Shown: positions 38,780-49,900 of the stretch, piece after piece | How the letters are laid out: the number at the start of each line of letters is the position of its first letter | Numbering within the stretch: position 1 is the stretch's first letter | Source of the DNA: Azolla caroliniana | Taxonomy: Eukaryota; Plantae; Polypodiophyta | DNA length: 64,000 nt | Direction: 5' to 3' | Assembly: GCA_043228905.1 (NCBI GenBank) | Contig: JBHGNT010000012.1 | Coordinates: 2,294,001-2,358,000, forward strand | Made by a program: the position numbers and the translations under genes | The notes under the pieces: model-generated | The model's database searches: none | Told to the model about the DNA's origin: nothing | What the model saw: only the letters and a program-made list of their open reading frames with translations

Positions 38780-39240
38780 CATTCATACATATACATGGAT
38801 ATACACATACATACATACATACATAAAATGGAATGCATTACATACATACATACATACAGTATATACATATGATAGACAGTCAGATACATACATATATACA
38901 AATGTCATACATTTATGCATACATCATATACGGATGTACACACTCATACACTAGAATTTATGATATATTCGAGCTCATGAGGCATACATACATACATGCA
39001 CATATACAATGTCATACAGACATACATACACACACATACACAATGTCACCATTCATACACAGATACACATACATACATACATATACACACATATACAATG
39101 TCACCATTCGTACACAGATACACATACATACATACATATACACACATATACAATGTCACCATTCATACACAAATACACATACATACATACATACCAAGGC
39201 ACATCTAATATACATAGATGAATATCAACATATATACATG
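38780..39240. repeat. (CATA)/(CA)-rich low-complexity region with a 55-bp tandem repeat, downstream of the OCTOPUS-like gene
   Basis: CAATGTCACCATTC occurs at 39041, 39096 and 39151, with a partial copy at ~39007. Confidence 0.85.
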
Positions 39241-39795
39241 ATAATATGAATGTCTGAGTTTCGATCTTTGCCGGAAATGCATATATGTTCTTGGAGACCC
39301 CCAAAAATATTGTCAATGGTATAATGGATACAAAAGAAGCCACACATTACCTTAAATTTAGTTGATGATGAAAAAAAACTCCAAATTTCAATTGTACTGT
39401 CTCTCTATACATATACACACACATACATACTCAATAGAAATTGGGCAGTTGCCATGTGCCCATCACATATATATAATTGTGGTGTCCACAAACTCAATGA
39501 ATTTGCAAGCACTCACTAAATCTAGCCAGAGTGATCAAAAGCCCTCTCAAAGATTCTCTTAAAACCCTTCTTTCAATTGCATACATATAAACATTTGTTT
39601 GTATAGAATGTTTCGGAAGTTAAAGATTGGTTATCACTAGATACAAATGTGAAGGAAAAAAAAGAGCTCACAAACTTAGCAGAAAGGAAAAGAGGAAGAA
39701 TCAAGGGATGGGATAGGGTTATGATTTGAATAAACACATGATGTACAGAATAATGAGGTGAGGGAAGGATCAAAACAAATGAATTTGAATCTTAT

Positions 39796-41664
39796 TTAGA
39801 GCTTCTTTTGCTGGGAGAAGAACAGGGGTCTAGCAGCCGGCCGCTTGTTGGCGTGGTACGAGGAAGAGGTCGAGAGCTTCGATCGAAGGGGCGTGAGGTA
39901 GAAGCGGAGGAGGCCATTATTGCTCTGGTGATACACACTAGACTGGTGATGGTGAAGATACTGGGCCCCATTGGCATTGGGATTCACATTCTGATGGTTG
40001 TGATTGAGATTGTGGTTAAGATTGTGATTGTGGTTGAGATTGTGATTGAGATTGTGGTTAAGATTGTGGTTAAGATTGTGGTTGAGATTGAGATTGAGAT
40101 TGTGATTGTGATTGTGATTGGGATTGGGATTGGGATTGGGATTGGGATTGAGATTATGAGTATCCGAGGAGGCCGGAGAGATTTTGGAGGTGCAACGAGG
40201 TGGGGCGACAACATTAGGGCAGTGTTGGAGGTCTATGGTGGTGGAAGTGTTGGGGGTCGGGCCCAACGCGGGCCTAGGCCTAGTGGTACGGGACCGCCAG
40301 AAAGTGCCCGGACGGCCGCCGGCCGGCTTCATGGATTCAGAGCCACAAATGGCCGCCCCGCAGCTCCGGGAGCGCACGAGGAGGATCGTGGGCGACGATC
40401 CTCCCCCGCCACCCGGGCCATTGGCCTTCCACATGGCGCCACGCCATTGGCGGCCGCAGCACCTCACGCCATGCGGGACCTCCTCGTGTTCCTCCTCCTC
40501 ATGTTCTTGTCCATGTGGCCTCGTTCCATTGGCCGATCCGCCACGTGGCCTCTTGCCATTGGCCGGCTGTCCCCCCGGCTTCTCTCCATGCAATTGTGAT
40601 AGACCAATTGGAGTGGCCGAGCTTCTCCTGCGGAGCGTAAGGGCCGAGCTTATGGACCGGAAAGAGCTCCTCTTCTGAATCTCTAGTACCAAAGAATTGC
40701 AAGCATTACTACTCAATCCATGACTGTAATCCATTAGACTTGTCAAATTACCTCTTAATTCCTTAACTACAACAATACCTTGATTTAATTCCTTCCTCCT
40801 TATCAATTCTCCTCCTCCTCCTGCTGCTTCTTCTTCCATTTGCTTCTTCTGAATCTCCATTAATCTTTCTGCATCATCCGCAGCAAAGAGAGCTCGCAAT
40901 GTAACCTTCTTCTGCATTAATGGACCTGAAACTAACCCTAAATTTGTCACATTCACTTCTTTTTCTTCTTCTTCTGAATCTCTTCTTTCTTCTTGTCCAC
41001 TTGAGATTTGATGGAGCCCTAATTTCACACTAGTCTTTTCACACACCGATTTGCTTCTCCCAAATCGTCCCATAACTTCATTTGATCTGTTATCATTCTC
41101 TCTTTCATTTGATCTGTTATCATCTTCTCTTTCATTTGATCTGTTATCATTCTCTCTTTCACTCGATCTGTTATCATTCTCTCTTTCATTTGATCTGTTC
41201 TGATTCTCTCTTTGTGCCGCCATATCTCCTGTGGCTGCTCCTGACATTCTACTCTTTGCTGCTGCTGCTTCATCACCGCCATCACTTTCGTTTTCTTCTT
41301 TTTGCCTCTGCATTCTTCCACAAATTCTAAATTTCTGAGAAGAATCATCGCCATCGCCATCACCATCACCATTTCTGCCACCGCCACCGTCCTCTACCCT
41401 AATCTCCTCACCACCATCCATCATCACTCTCTCATGATCAATTGTTGTTATAATTTCTTCCAATTCTTGCGGATCTTCTTCTCTTATTGTTGCTGTATCC
41501 TCTGTATTATTGTAACTATGACTATAGTAAGCCAGGGACAGGAGCTTAGCCGTCAAGCATGAGCTGCACACACCCATGGTCTTGCTGTGGTGAGGACATA
41601 TTGATGATGATGATGAAGAGGAGGATGCTGATGATGATGGTGGATTAATGGAGTTTGGACTCAT
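39796..41664 (-). CDS. DUF740 / OCTOPUS-like protein (~622 aa, single coding exon)
   Basis: N-terminal CPHHSKTMGVCSSCLTAKLLSL matches the DUF740 CxxH...GVCxxCL motif. C-terminal NNGLLRFYLTPLRS is characteristic of OCTOPUS-family proteins. The ORF track starts at TTG 41667; the first ATG is at 41664. Confidence 0.85.
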   Translation of the reverse strand: MSPNSINPPSSSASSSSSSSSICPHHSKTMGVCSSCLTAKLLSLAYYSHSYNNTEDTATIREEDPQELEEIITTIDHERVMMDGGEEIRVEDGGGGRNGDGDGDGDDSSQKFRICGRMQRQKEENESDGGDEAAAAKSRMSGAATGDMAAQRENQNRSNERENDNRSSERENDNRSNEREDDNRSNERENDNRSNEVMGRFGRSKSVCEKTSVKLGLHQISSGQEERRDSEEEEKEVNVTNLGLVSGPLMQKKVTLRALFAADDAERLMEIQKKQMEEEAAGGGGELIRRKELNQGIVVVKELRGNLTSLMDYSHGLSSNACNSLVLEIQKRSSFRSISSALTLRRRSSATPIGLSQLHGEKPGGQPANGKRPRGGSANGTRPHGQEHEEEEHEEVPHGVRCCGRQWRGAMWKANGPGGGGGSSPTILLVRSRSCGAAICGSESMKPAGGRPGTFWRSRTTRPRPALGPTPNTSTTIDLQHCPNVVAPPRCTSKISPASSDTHNLNPNPNPNPNPNHNHNHNLNLNLNHNLNHNLNHNLNHNLNHNHNLNHNLNHNHQNVNPNANGAQYLHHHQSSVYHQSNNGLLRFYLTPLRSKLSTSSSYHANKRPAARPLFFSQQKKL

Positions 41665-41685
41665 CAATTACGAGCTTATAAGAAC

Positions 41686-42160
41686 TAGGGTTTATAGGTA
41701 GTCTTAGGGTTAGGGCTAGCTAGGTTTAGGGTCAAATTCTACCTTGAGCCAAATTCCAATACCATATATATATTTAAGTGTGAAGGTTAGAATTATGGTT
41801 AGGGTTAATATAAAGGGAAGGTGTTAAGATTAGAATTACGGTTAGGGTTAGATGGGTTTTATGGTTAGAATTAAGGTTAGGGTTAGTATAAAGGGAAGGT
41901 TTTAAGGTTAGAATTAAGGTTAGGGTTAGTATAAAGGGAAGGTTTTAAGGTTAGAATTGGGGTTAGGGTTACATGGGTTAAGGCTCGAATTAGGATTAGG
42001 AGAAGGTTTAGATGGGTTACGGTGACAAATTTGAGAAGGTGTTAGGGTTAGGATGCAATAATTGGCCTCCTCAGAAAGAGAGGTAATGAATCGGCAAAAT
42101 TAGGGTTAGGGTTAGGGTTAAGGGAGACATGTTGATTAGGAATTAGAGATATGGTTAGAG
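41686..42160. repeat. Telomere-like (TTAGGG/TTAGGGTT; telobox-like on the minus strand) degenerate array with an internal ~43-bp tandem unit
   Basis: Many GGTTAGGGTTA motifs. Three contiguous TTAGGG at ~42100-42120. GGTTAGAATTAAGGTTAGGGTTAGTATAAAGGGAAGGTTTTAA is repeated. Confidence 0.75.
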
Positions 42161-42399
42161 GTAATAATATGAAGCTCTGTGTTGATGACAACTTTTATTT
42201 ATTGATTTAATTTTAGGGTCAGGAACTGAGAAGGAGGAGGAGATGAGATGACTCTGCAGACTGCAACACAAAATTGAGCATACAGAAGAAAGAAGAAGAA
42301 AGAAGAAGAAGAAGAAGAAGGAGAAGGAGAAGGAGAAGAAGGAAAACAGAGCAAAATAATGAGGTGTGAAAATGAAGGGTTTTGGGGGGGGGTGGGCGG

Positions 42400-43043
42400 G
42401 GGAGAGAGAGAGAGAGAGAGTGCGTGTGTGTGTGTGGGAGAGAGAGGGAGAGAGAGAGAGAGAGTGTGTGTGTGTGGAAGAAGGAGAGAGAGGGAGAGAG
42501 AGAGTGTGTGTGTGGAAGGAGAGAGAAAGGAGTGTTTGTATGTGTGGAAGGAGAGAGAGAGAGAGAGTGTGTGTGTGTGTGTGTGTGTGGAAGGAAAGAG
42601 AGAGAGAGAGAGAGAGTTGTGTGGAAGGAGAGAAAGAGTGTGTGTATGTGTGGAAGGAGAGAGAAAGGAGTGTGTGTATGTTGTGTGGAAAGAAAGAAAG
42701 AGGAGAGAGAGAGAGAGAGTGTGTGTGTGTGTGTGTGGAAGGAAAGAGAGAGAGAGAGAGTTTGTGTGTGTGTGGAAGGAGAGAGAGAGTGTGTGTGGAA
42801 GGAGAGAGAGAGAGAGTGTGTGTGTGTGTGTGTGGAAGGAAAGAGAGAGAGAGAGAGTTTGTGTGTGTGTGGAAGGAGAGAGAGAGTGTGTGTGGAAGGA
42901 GAGAGAGAGAGAGTGTGTGTGTGTGTGGTGAAGAAGAAGAGAAAGAGTGAATTGTGTGTGTGAAAGGGGAGAGAGAAAGAGAGATACAGAGAGAGGGTTT
43001 CTGTAGAAGAAGAAAGGGAGTGAATTGTGTGTGTTGGGGGGGG

Positions 43044-43090
<47 letters not shown>
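42400..43090. repeat. Compound minisatellite GGAAGGA(GA)n(GT)n
   Basis: About a dozen units of GGAAGGA(A)-(GA)n-(GT)n ending in a long (GA)n run. This is the source of the ERER/CVCV and HTHT/SLSL ORFs. Confidence 0.92.
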
Positions 43091-43833
43091 GTGAAATGTG
43101 TGAGAGAGTCATGGGGTAGAATCAGATGGTCGGGACAGGGTATGTGTCCATGTGACCCTTCTCGCCTTCGATGGCTCTCTCCCTGACTGGCCAAAGGAGC
43201 GGGCATAGCCAGCAGGGCTAGGGCATTTTAGACCCAAAAGGAGCCTTTTCGCCCATCCATCTCTTTCGTCCCAGGTCACCCCAATGTATAGAAGTATGGA
43301 TACATATACAATGATACATATATGAATGTCCCTCCTCTTTGCATGCCCATCTCTACTTTTCGGGTTCACACCCGGACGCCTTTCCTTCTGGCTTTTTGAA
43401 GCTTTTTCTTCTCCTGCGAGGGAGAAAGGGGAGGGGAGGGGAGGGGGGGGCAATGTCTCTCTCCCTCATACGTTATTACTATTTCCTAGAAATTCAAAGC
43501 TCCCCCCAGACACTAGCGATTTTCGGAAAGATATTTCTTTTTTGTACAAATGCATAAAAGAAATGATTTCATGAGTGAGAGAATGTGTCGACAACGATTG
43601 ATGGATGGATCAAGGTTTTCAATGGGGCCTCCCCCTTCGGACACGCAATCTTGGATACGAGAGAAAAGAAAGCATGGGCGGGCGGGCGGACGGATCCGAT
43701 AGAGCATATAAGACCAACCAATGCCCGCCCTCCCCCCCGAGCGGCTTTCTTTCTTTCTTTGTTTTGATAGGGTGCCGGGATCGCCCGGGTTTCTACCGAG
43801 CCTCGTAGAAGAGACTAATGTTTGTGTGTGGAT

Positions 43834-43968
43834 TAATTCGCTCTAGAGAGAGGTAATTCGATCTAGAGAGAGGTAATTGGTTCTAGAGAGAGGTAATTCT
43901 CTCTATAGAGACGTAATTCTTTCTACCAGGTAATTCCCTCTAGAGAAATGTAATCCTCTCCCTAGGGA
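43834..43968. repeat. 20-bp tandem repeat TAATTCNNTCTAGAGAGAGG, about 6-7 copies
   Basis: Units start at 43834, 43854, 43874 and 43894, then degenerate. Confidence 0.85.
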
Positions 43969-46900
43969 ACCGTTAGTTCTTTCTTTTTGTTTTTCTTAAT
44001 TTGGAATAGTTGTTTTTATTTATTCGATCTGCATATGTACATAATTCGAAGGCTAAAAATAAATAAATAGATAAAACCCAAACAACAACAAATAATAATA
44101 ATAATAATAATAATAAAGTGTTTTTGGTCCTATTCGAAATTCTTCCTTCAAATTTTGTTTTTGTTTTTTTTTTTGTTTTGTTTTGGTGGCTCCTAAAATT
44201 ACCACAAAAAAAATACAAATCAAAATTGAAGTTTTTTTTTGAAGCGTGCAGATTTTGAATGAGAAGATTTTTTGGTTTTTATTTAGTTTGAGATTTTTCA
44301 TTGATGAATTGATTATCCATTTATTCATATTATTCATATTATTCAATTATTAAGAAAAATTTATGCCACCCTCTCTCTCCCGCCCCTCATTATAATTTAT
44401 ATTCATTCATTCATTCCTTCACACCCTTTTGATTTCACCAACTTCTCACCCTTAGACACACACACACTCTCTCTCTCTCTCCTAGTCCCTAAGAACACTC
44501 ATTCTTGTCTTGCCTTCCCTCAGCTACAAGTCGACACTGAGCACTCAATACATATACACATGTAACATGTCCACAATGAGCTGAGTGAAGGATGGCATGT
44601 TTGATTGAACGATAAGACCATCGTTGTGTTTACTGGCGAAGCAAGAACAGTTAAATTTACACTAACGGGGTCTCATGCGGCCTGTTCTCACCAAATCTTG
44701 GGTTATGGCTCCTTGACCGCACATCAATTCTAATCTTGTTTGTGTGTAAGGGTGTCCCCATCATATCATGGTTTGTTCATTTTGTTATTGTCAGTGTCAT
44801 ATTTCCCACAAAACTTTTGCACTCCTCAAATGGATTCTCATAAAAAGACATCCGTTACTTTTCCTTTCTCGTCTCGAAATAAGTTCACATTGGGGGCAAG
44901 CCCAAAAACTCTATAATTTTATCACTAGCTGTCGTGCATGTTCTCGAATATCTAGGCCAATAGTTCCAATCCTCTCTTTTTCCATCCTTCGAACTAATTA
45001 TAATCCAAGGAACGTTTATCTACTTCACTATTTATTGTCATGTATGTACATGCTCACGATTCGAGGCTAACTAGTTTAACAACTTTATCATACAAAGTCA
45101 AAATGTCTTAACATTTTGTGAAACTATTGCTTCACTATTTCTTGCATTGTCTCATGTTACCCTTAACCTTATATACAAATCCAACCTAGATAATCTTGGA
45201 GCAAGGTTAACTCCATTTGTTGCTTTGTGTTCACTCCCCTAAAACATCGTGCATTTTGTAGGGACAATTTGTAGGTCCGTAAAATATCCATTTGATTCCC
45301 TCCTTACTTATACCTTTGCAAAAAACGAGGAAACCACATATATACATAGTGTCCAATATGTATACATTTGATCTCTTTTCTATATCTTCGATAGATCCAA
45401 TGATATTTACACTCCATAACCTTGCAGTGGAGGAGGAAACTACTTTTGTTGTCAATATTAGATGGATCCCTTTTCAATATCTCCAACTAGATTTACACTA
45501 ATAAGACATGAAAGGATATACTTGACCGCGAATTACATAGTTTCCTAACTTGATTCATGTCTTACGGCCATATTATGACCATTATGCATTTTAATGCTTG
45601 TCATTTGTAACATGCGGAATAACCTTGGGTGAAATGTTGTTGCTAGTAATTCAAGTTAATGAACAATCTCTGTGCGAAGAAAATGTAAAGGATAATTTAA
45701 TCATCGATGCCAATGCATAAAAAATCAAAGTCATCTACGATGTGAATTCATAGAAAGCAAAGAATGGAAGAAAACATATACCATTCAAATCAAATACATG
45801 TAAACCAAATCTGTTTTACAAACTCAAGTATACCTTATAATACCCAAATTGATATAAAAGATCTAGTCACATGACTTCTAGGTTTTATAAATCACAAGAT
45901 GTGAAGAAGCTTAATTTGATAGATCCATTAAAATGGTTTGGTCGCATAACTTCCAGTTTTGTGGGTTGATGCTTGTTATGTGCCGAGACATTTGAATGTT
46001 TACTATTTGAATTGTGAACCACTACAGTTTGATTTTTGAGTTCTATCACTAGAAGGGCGTGGTTGATCATGTTGTAGATACCTAGCATTATAATTTATCA
46101 CACATTATCCTCATTCTGAAATGATGTGATATGAGTCCAACAAAATACATAGTATCTGTATCCGTATATGAGAAGGTAATGGCTATTGAGGAAAAGATGG
46201 TTGAAAAGTATTGTATTCCATGGGAACTAAAAAATGTGTGTGCATGTTGATAACATATTTTATTTTAGTTTCATAGTGCAACAATTTCACAACAAATTAG
46301 AACTCCATCATGGGTTTACTACAACAAACAAGGGACATGATGTCGTGTAGGTTTTTGATGGACTTAAAAAATGATGTGGGTGGTCCTAATAAATATATTA
46401 TGAAGTGTTAAAAATTGACTAATGCCTTTGTCCACTATGTACTCATCTCACTTAGCTCAATGGCTGGAAATGCTTACTAATTTGAATACAAAGTTGTCTC
46501 CGAGCATCTATGGGAGATGGTTTTATGAAATTGTAAACTTGATTGTGTATGTCCTTCAATTATCTTATCAAACCAAGCATACTATTAAGACCATGTCAAT
46601 ATACAACGATGGTTATGATAGAAGTGTCATTTCCACTATTTGGGAATGTATCATAGCGTTCCATATTAACGAACACTTTGGGAGGTGCAAGTAACTCAAT
46701 GCAAAACAATGCACCATATGACTAAATTTGTCCAACTTCTCTCTTAATGTCAATTTCTCATTCAAAGTTCTATTTTCATAGTACCAACAAGATACTGAAA
46801 CATTTTTTGTATCTTCTCTTTTCTCTCATTGATGACAAAGTCAAACAACAAAGAGAATGCGATCTTGTTCATTATTTAAGTTTATGCTCCAATTGCTAAG

Positions 46901-49900
46901 TGCATCGTGCATTAGTTGAAGTCTAAAGTGGAGTTATTGAAGAATCATATCATGCATTAGTTGATGACATCTAAAAATCATATCATGAACAATGAATATT
47001 GTTTCGTGATTAGAACCTTCGCGGGGTTTAAAAAAAATTCAAACTAACGAAGATTGTTGAATTTGAAAGATAATGGATGTTGAAAATATATTTATAGAAA
47101 GGGGATGAATTTTTTTATTTCATTGCCAAAAATTGTCTAACATGTTGTCAAATGGAGATGTTCAAATTTTGCTAATCTAATGAATTGGGTTTCCTCGAAT
47201 GGGCCGACACGACTTATACCTTGGTGTGGCACTTCCAAGGGCCATTGCCAAGTCCCATGGGTCGTTTCCCTCATGGTGGGCTAGTTGAGGGATTAGGGGA
47301 CGTCACTCCCAATTGCAAAGACCACATCAAAAGCACTTAATTTCTCCATTCCGTGCAACCATGGAAGCCTGAGAGACTTCATAAGTTAATCTAACAATTC
47401 ACACAAACCTAATCACTACACTGATTAAGAAATATGCTAGTCTAAATTAGATAGATGAAAAAAGAAATAATAAGGTGCTTTAGTTAAGTTGATAATTACT
47501 GATTACTAAGTATAGAGCATGTATATCTTTATTGCCTAGTGTGAAAAAACTACATGACAAAAAGTGTCTCTTAGTGTATGCAAAGGAAAGAGAACAAAGA
47601 CGAAATGCTATCCCCAAAATTGGAGCACCCAAAAGCCTTTTTTATATGAGAACTCTTGCCCCTTTTTCAAGTTGGAAACCCTCAAATGTCCGTTTCACAT
47701 TACAATCCCTTCGGTCATCGGTCATCGGTCATTCCTACCTAATAAAGAGCAATTCTCTACATATGATAATAGAACATGTTTCTTACAAACATTTCGCCTA
47801 TGACCAATATTCTAGCTTGAAAGTATTTAACCATATAGGGTTGTTTGTAACGTTATTTCTCTTAACATATGAGTCATTCAATACACTAACATTAGATAAC
47901 TACAAGGCCCCAAGACTTCCTCCAAAAACATTATTGTGTTTTAGTAACATTTCACAAAGAAGTCATGCTCTCCCATTCATGCCATCCTCCCTAACAAGAT
48001 TTTTCACTTTGAATATTGCATATTCCCCACGGGTCACCGTTATTGAAATTTCATTCTAGTTTGGTAACTTAATGAAAATGATACTACATTAGTTTGCACT
48101 TAAAGAATGCTCTAGTTGGGCAATCCCACGTGTGATAAACTTTTAAACATTGAGTAAATGTAGTTTTAATCAATCATGAAATAGTATATTCTTTGTTATA
48201 CTTGAGCAATCCCGGTTGTCACATTCTACATGCACTCAATCCCCCTCTATTGGGATTCCATGTTCTTTCCAAAATTGCTTTGAAGTCATACTAGGTTGCA
48301 TCATTTAAATCACATCATTTTGTTTTGTGTTGCTGTAATGGACAATATAATTAACTTCTTTTCTTTGATCCAACAAATTCTTATTGGTAGGTAACAACTG
48401 CCATCAACATTGGTCATCTATTTGTCTTTTCCACCTAGAGTCAAACTATCTAAAATATATGTTCTTTGGTTGAATGTGATGAAGAACTCCACAATATCTT
48501 TTAGAAACCTCAACATCCACAATCCACCTTCAAATGACACATGTTTTGATTGTGCATAATATCAACATAATAATGATGCAATATTCTTTTTTGGACTGAA
48601 AGCTGCATGGGGCGTCAAATGCGCACCTAAAAATGTGAGGAATGATGTGTGCTTTGATAGGAAAGTTCACAATTCAAGGGGTCAAGATCAAAGTTCAATC
48701 AAAGTTGAGGATGTGCATACTTGTGGAGATCGTTTTCAAGAAATGGGCGATAAGGTCGAGAGGAGAGGGGGGTATACAATGTGCATATCAATAAACTCTA
48801 GTCTCCTCCCACTCTTTATTAAAAAGAGAATGGGTTGCCACAACCTAGATAACAATAACCCTAGGGAGGACAACATGGAAAAGACTCTAAGCATCCATGA
48901 CCCTCTACATAAGCCAAACACCCTTTGGCATCGTTTTCTTCTAAGATCACATTTACAAAATGGTAGCACAAAATAGGCATTAAGCAAATGAATCTTCTAT
49001 AAGTAGACAACCACTCTTAATACATACATTTTTTATGGGAATGTGCAACCTACACAAACACGGAAGAAAATGAATAAAAAATAGTGTGTTTGGCGAGCTT
49101 TGGGCCCACACATTCACATGTTTCTCATCTCTCTCGCAACATATGTTCTTTGAAATCCTTATAACCGTGGCAAAAGTCACCACTACATAGAATAAATAAA
49201 CATAGATGTGCAATGGGCTCTAGACCAACTTGGTTTAGTATGTATGTTTTGTTCTACATTTTCAAAGTTCCTTCAATTCTTGTTTGCCTATAATGTTTAC
49301 CCTTGTGTCCTATGTATTTCCTTTGTGTACATTGTACCTTAGAATCATGTACACTTCAAGTGTTGTCAATCTATACATATCCTTGCGAGTTAAGTAATCA
49401 CACCTATGCATACACAAAGATTTTACATTGATTGTACATTTTATGTATATGTGTGCAAAACAAACATTTTACGCTAGTACCTCAAACCATTTAATGCAGG
49501 TTGGCAACTTGTTGTGCATGTTTTTTGTCTAATTGATTTCCACACCACGAGCACTTCTTCAAGTATATGTTTAGGAGTGCACACTTGAGATCTATTTCGT
49601 CTACTCCTCGTTGTTATTTAGGGGTATTTTGGACTATTTGAACCGTGAAAGAAATCCACGTCAATATACAATGAGATAACTGACAATTGGACTAAATGGA
49701 ATTTTCTAAAATAGAATTTGTGACATTTAAACTAGGGTATGTATATGGGAAGAAATAGGGTATATGAGGTACACTATTTGTGTGAAAAATCTTGCCAATG
49801 CAACAAAATATCAATGTTGGAATTGCCATGCATGGATTGTCATTAAATCTAGATTTTATGTTTCAAAATTTGAAAGTCCCTTGTTGAATATATCACATAT

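Noticed and set aside
39808-40678. 263-aa and 164-aa + strand ORFs
   Set aside because: Antisense shadows of the GC-rich, repetitive part of the OCTOPUS-like CDS.
42199-43206. Several 190-335-aa ORFs on both strands (HTHT/SLSL, ERER/CVCV)
   Set aside because: Artefacts of a stop-poor GA/GT microsatellite.
43834-43968. CRISPR-like appearance of short regular repeats (also at 39041-39193 and 32346-32756)
   Set aside because: These are head-to-tail tandem units with no unique spacers and no cas genes, in a eukaryotic context.
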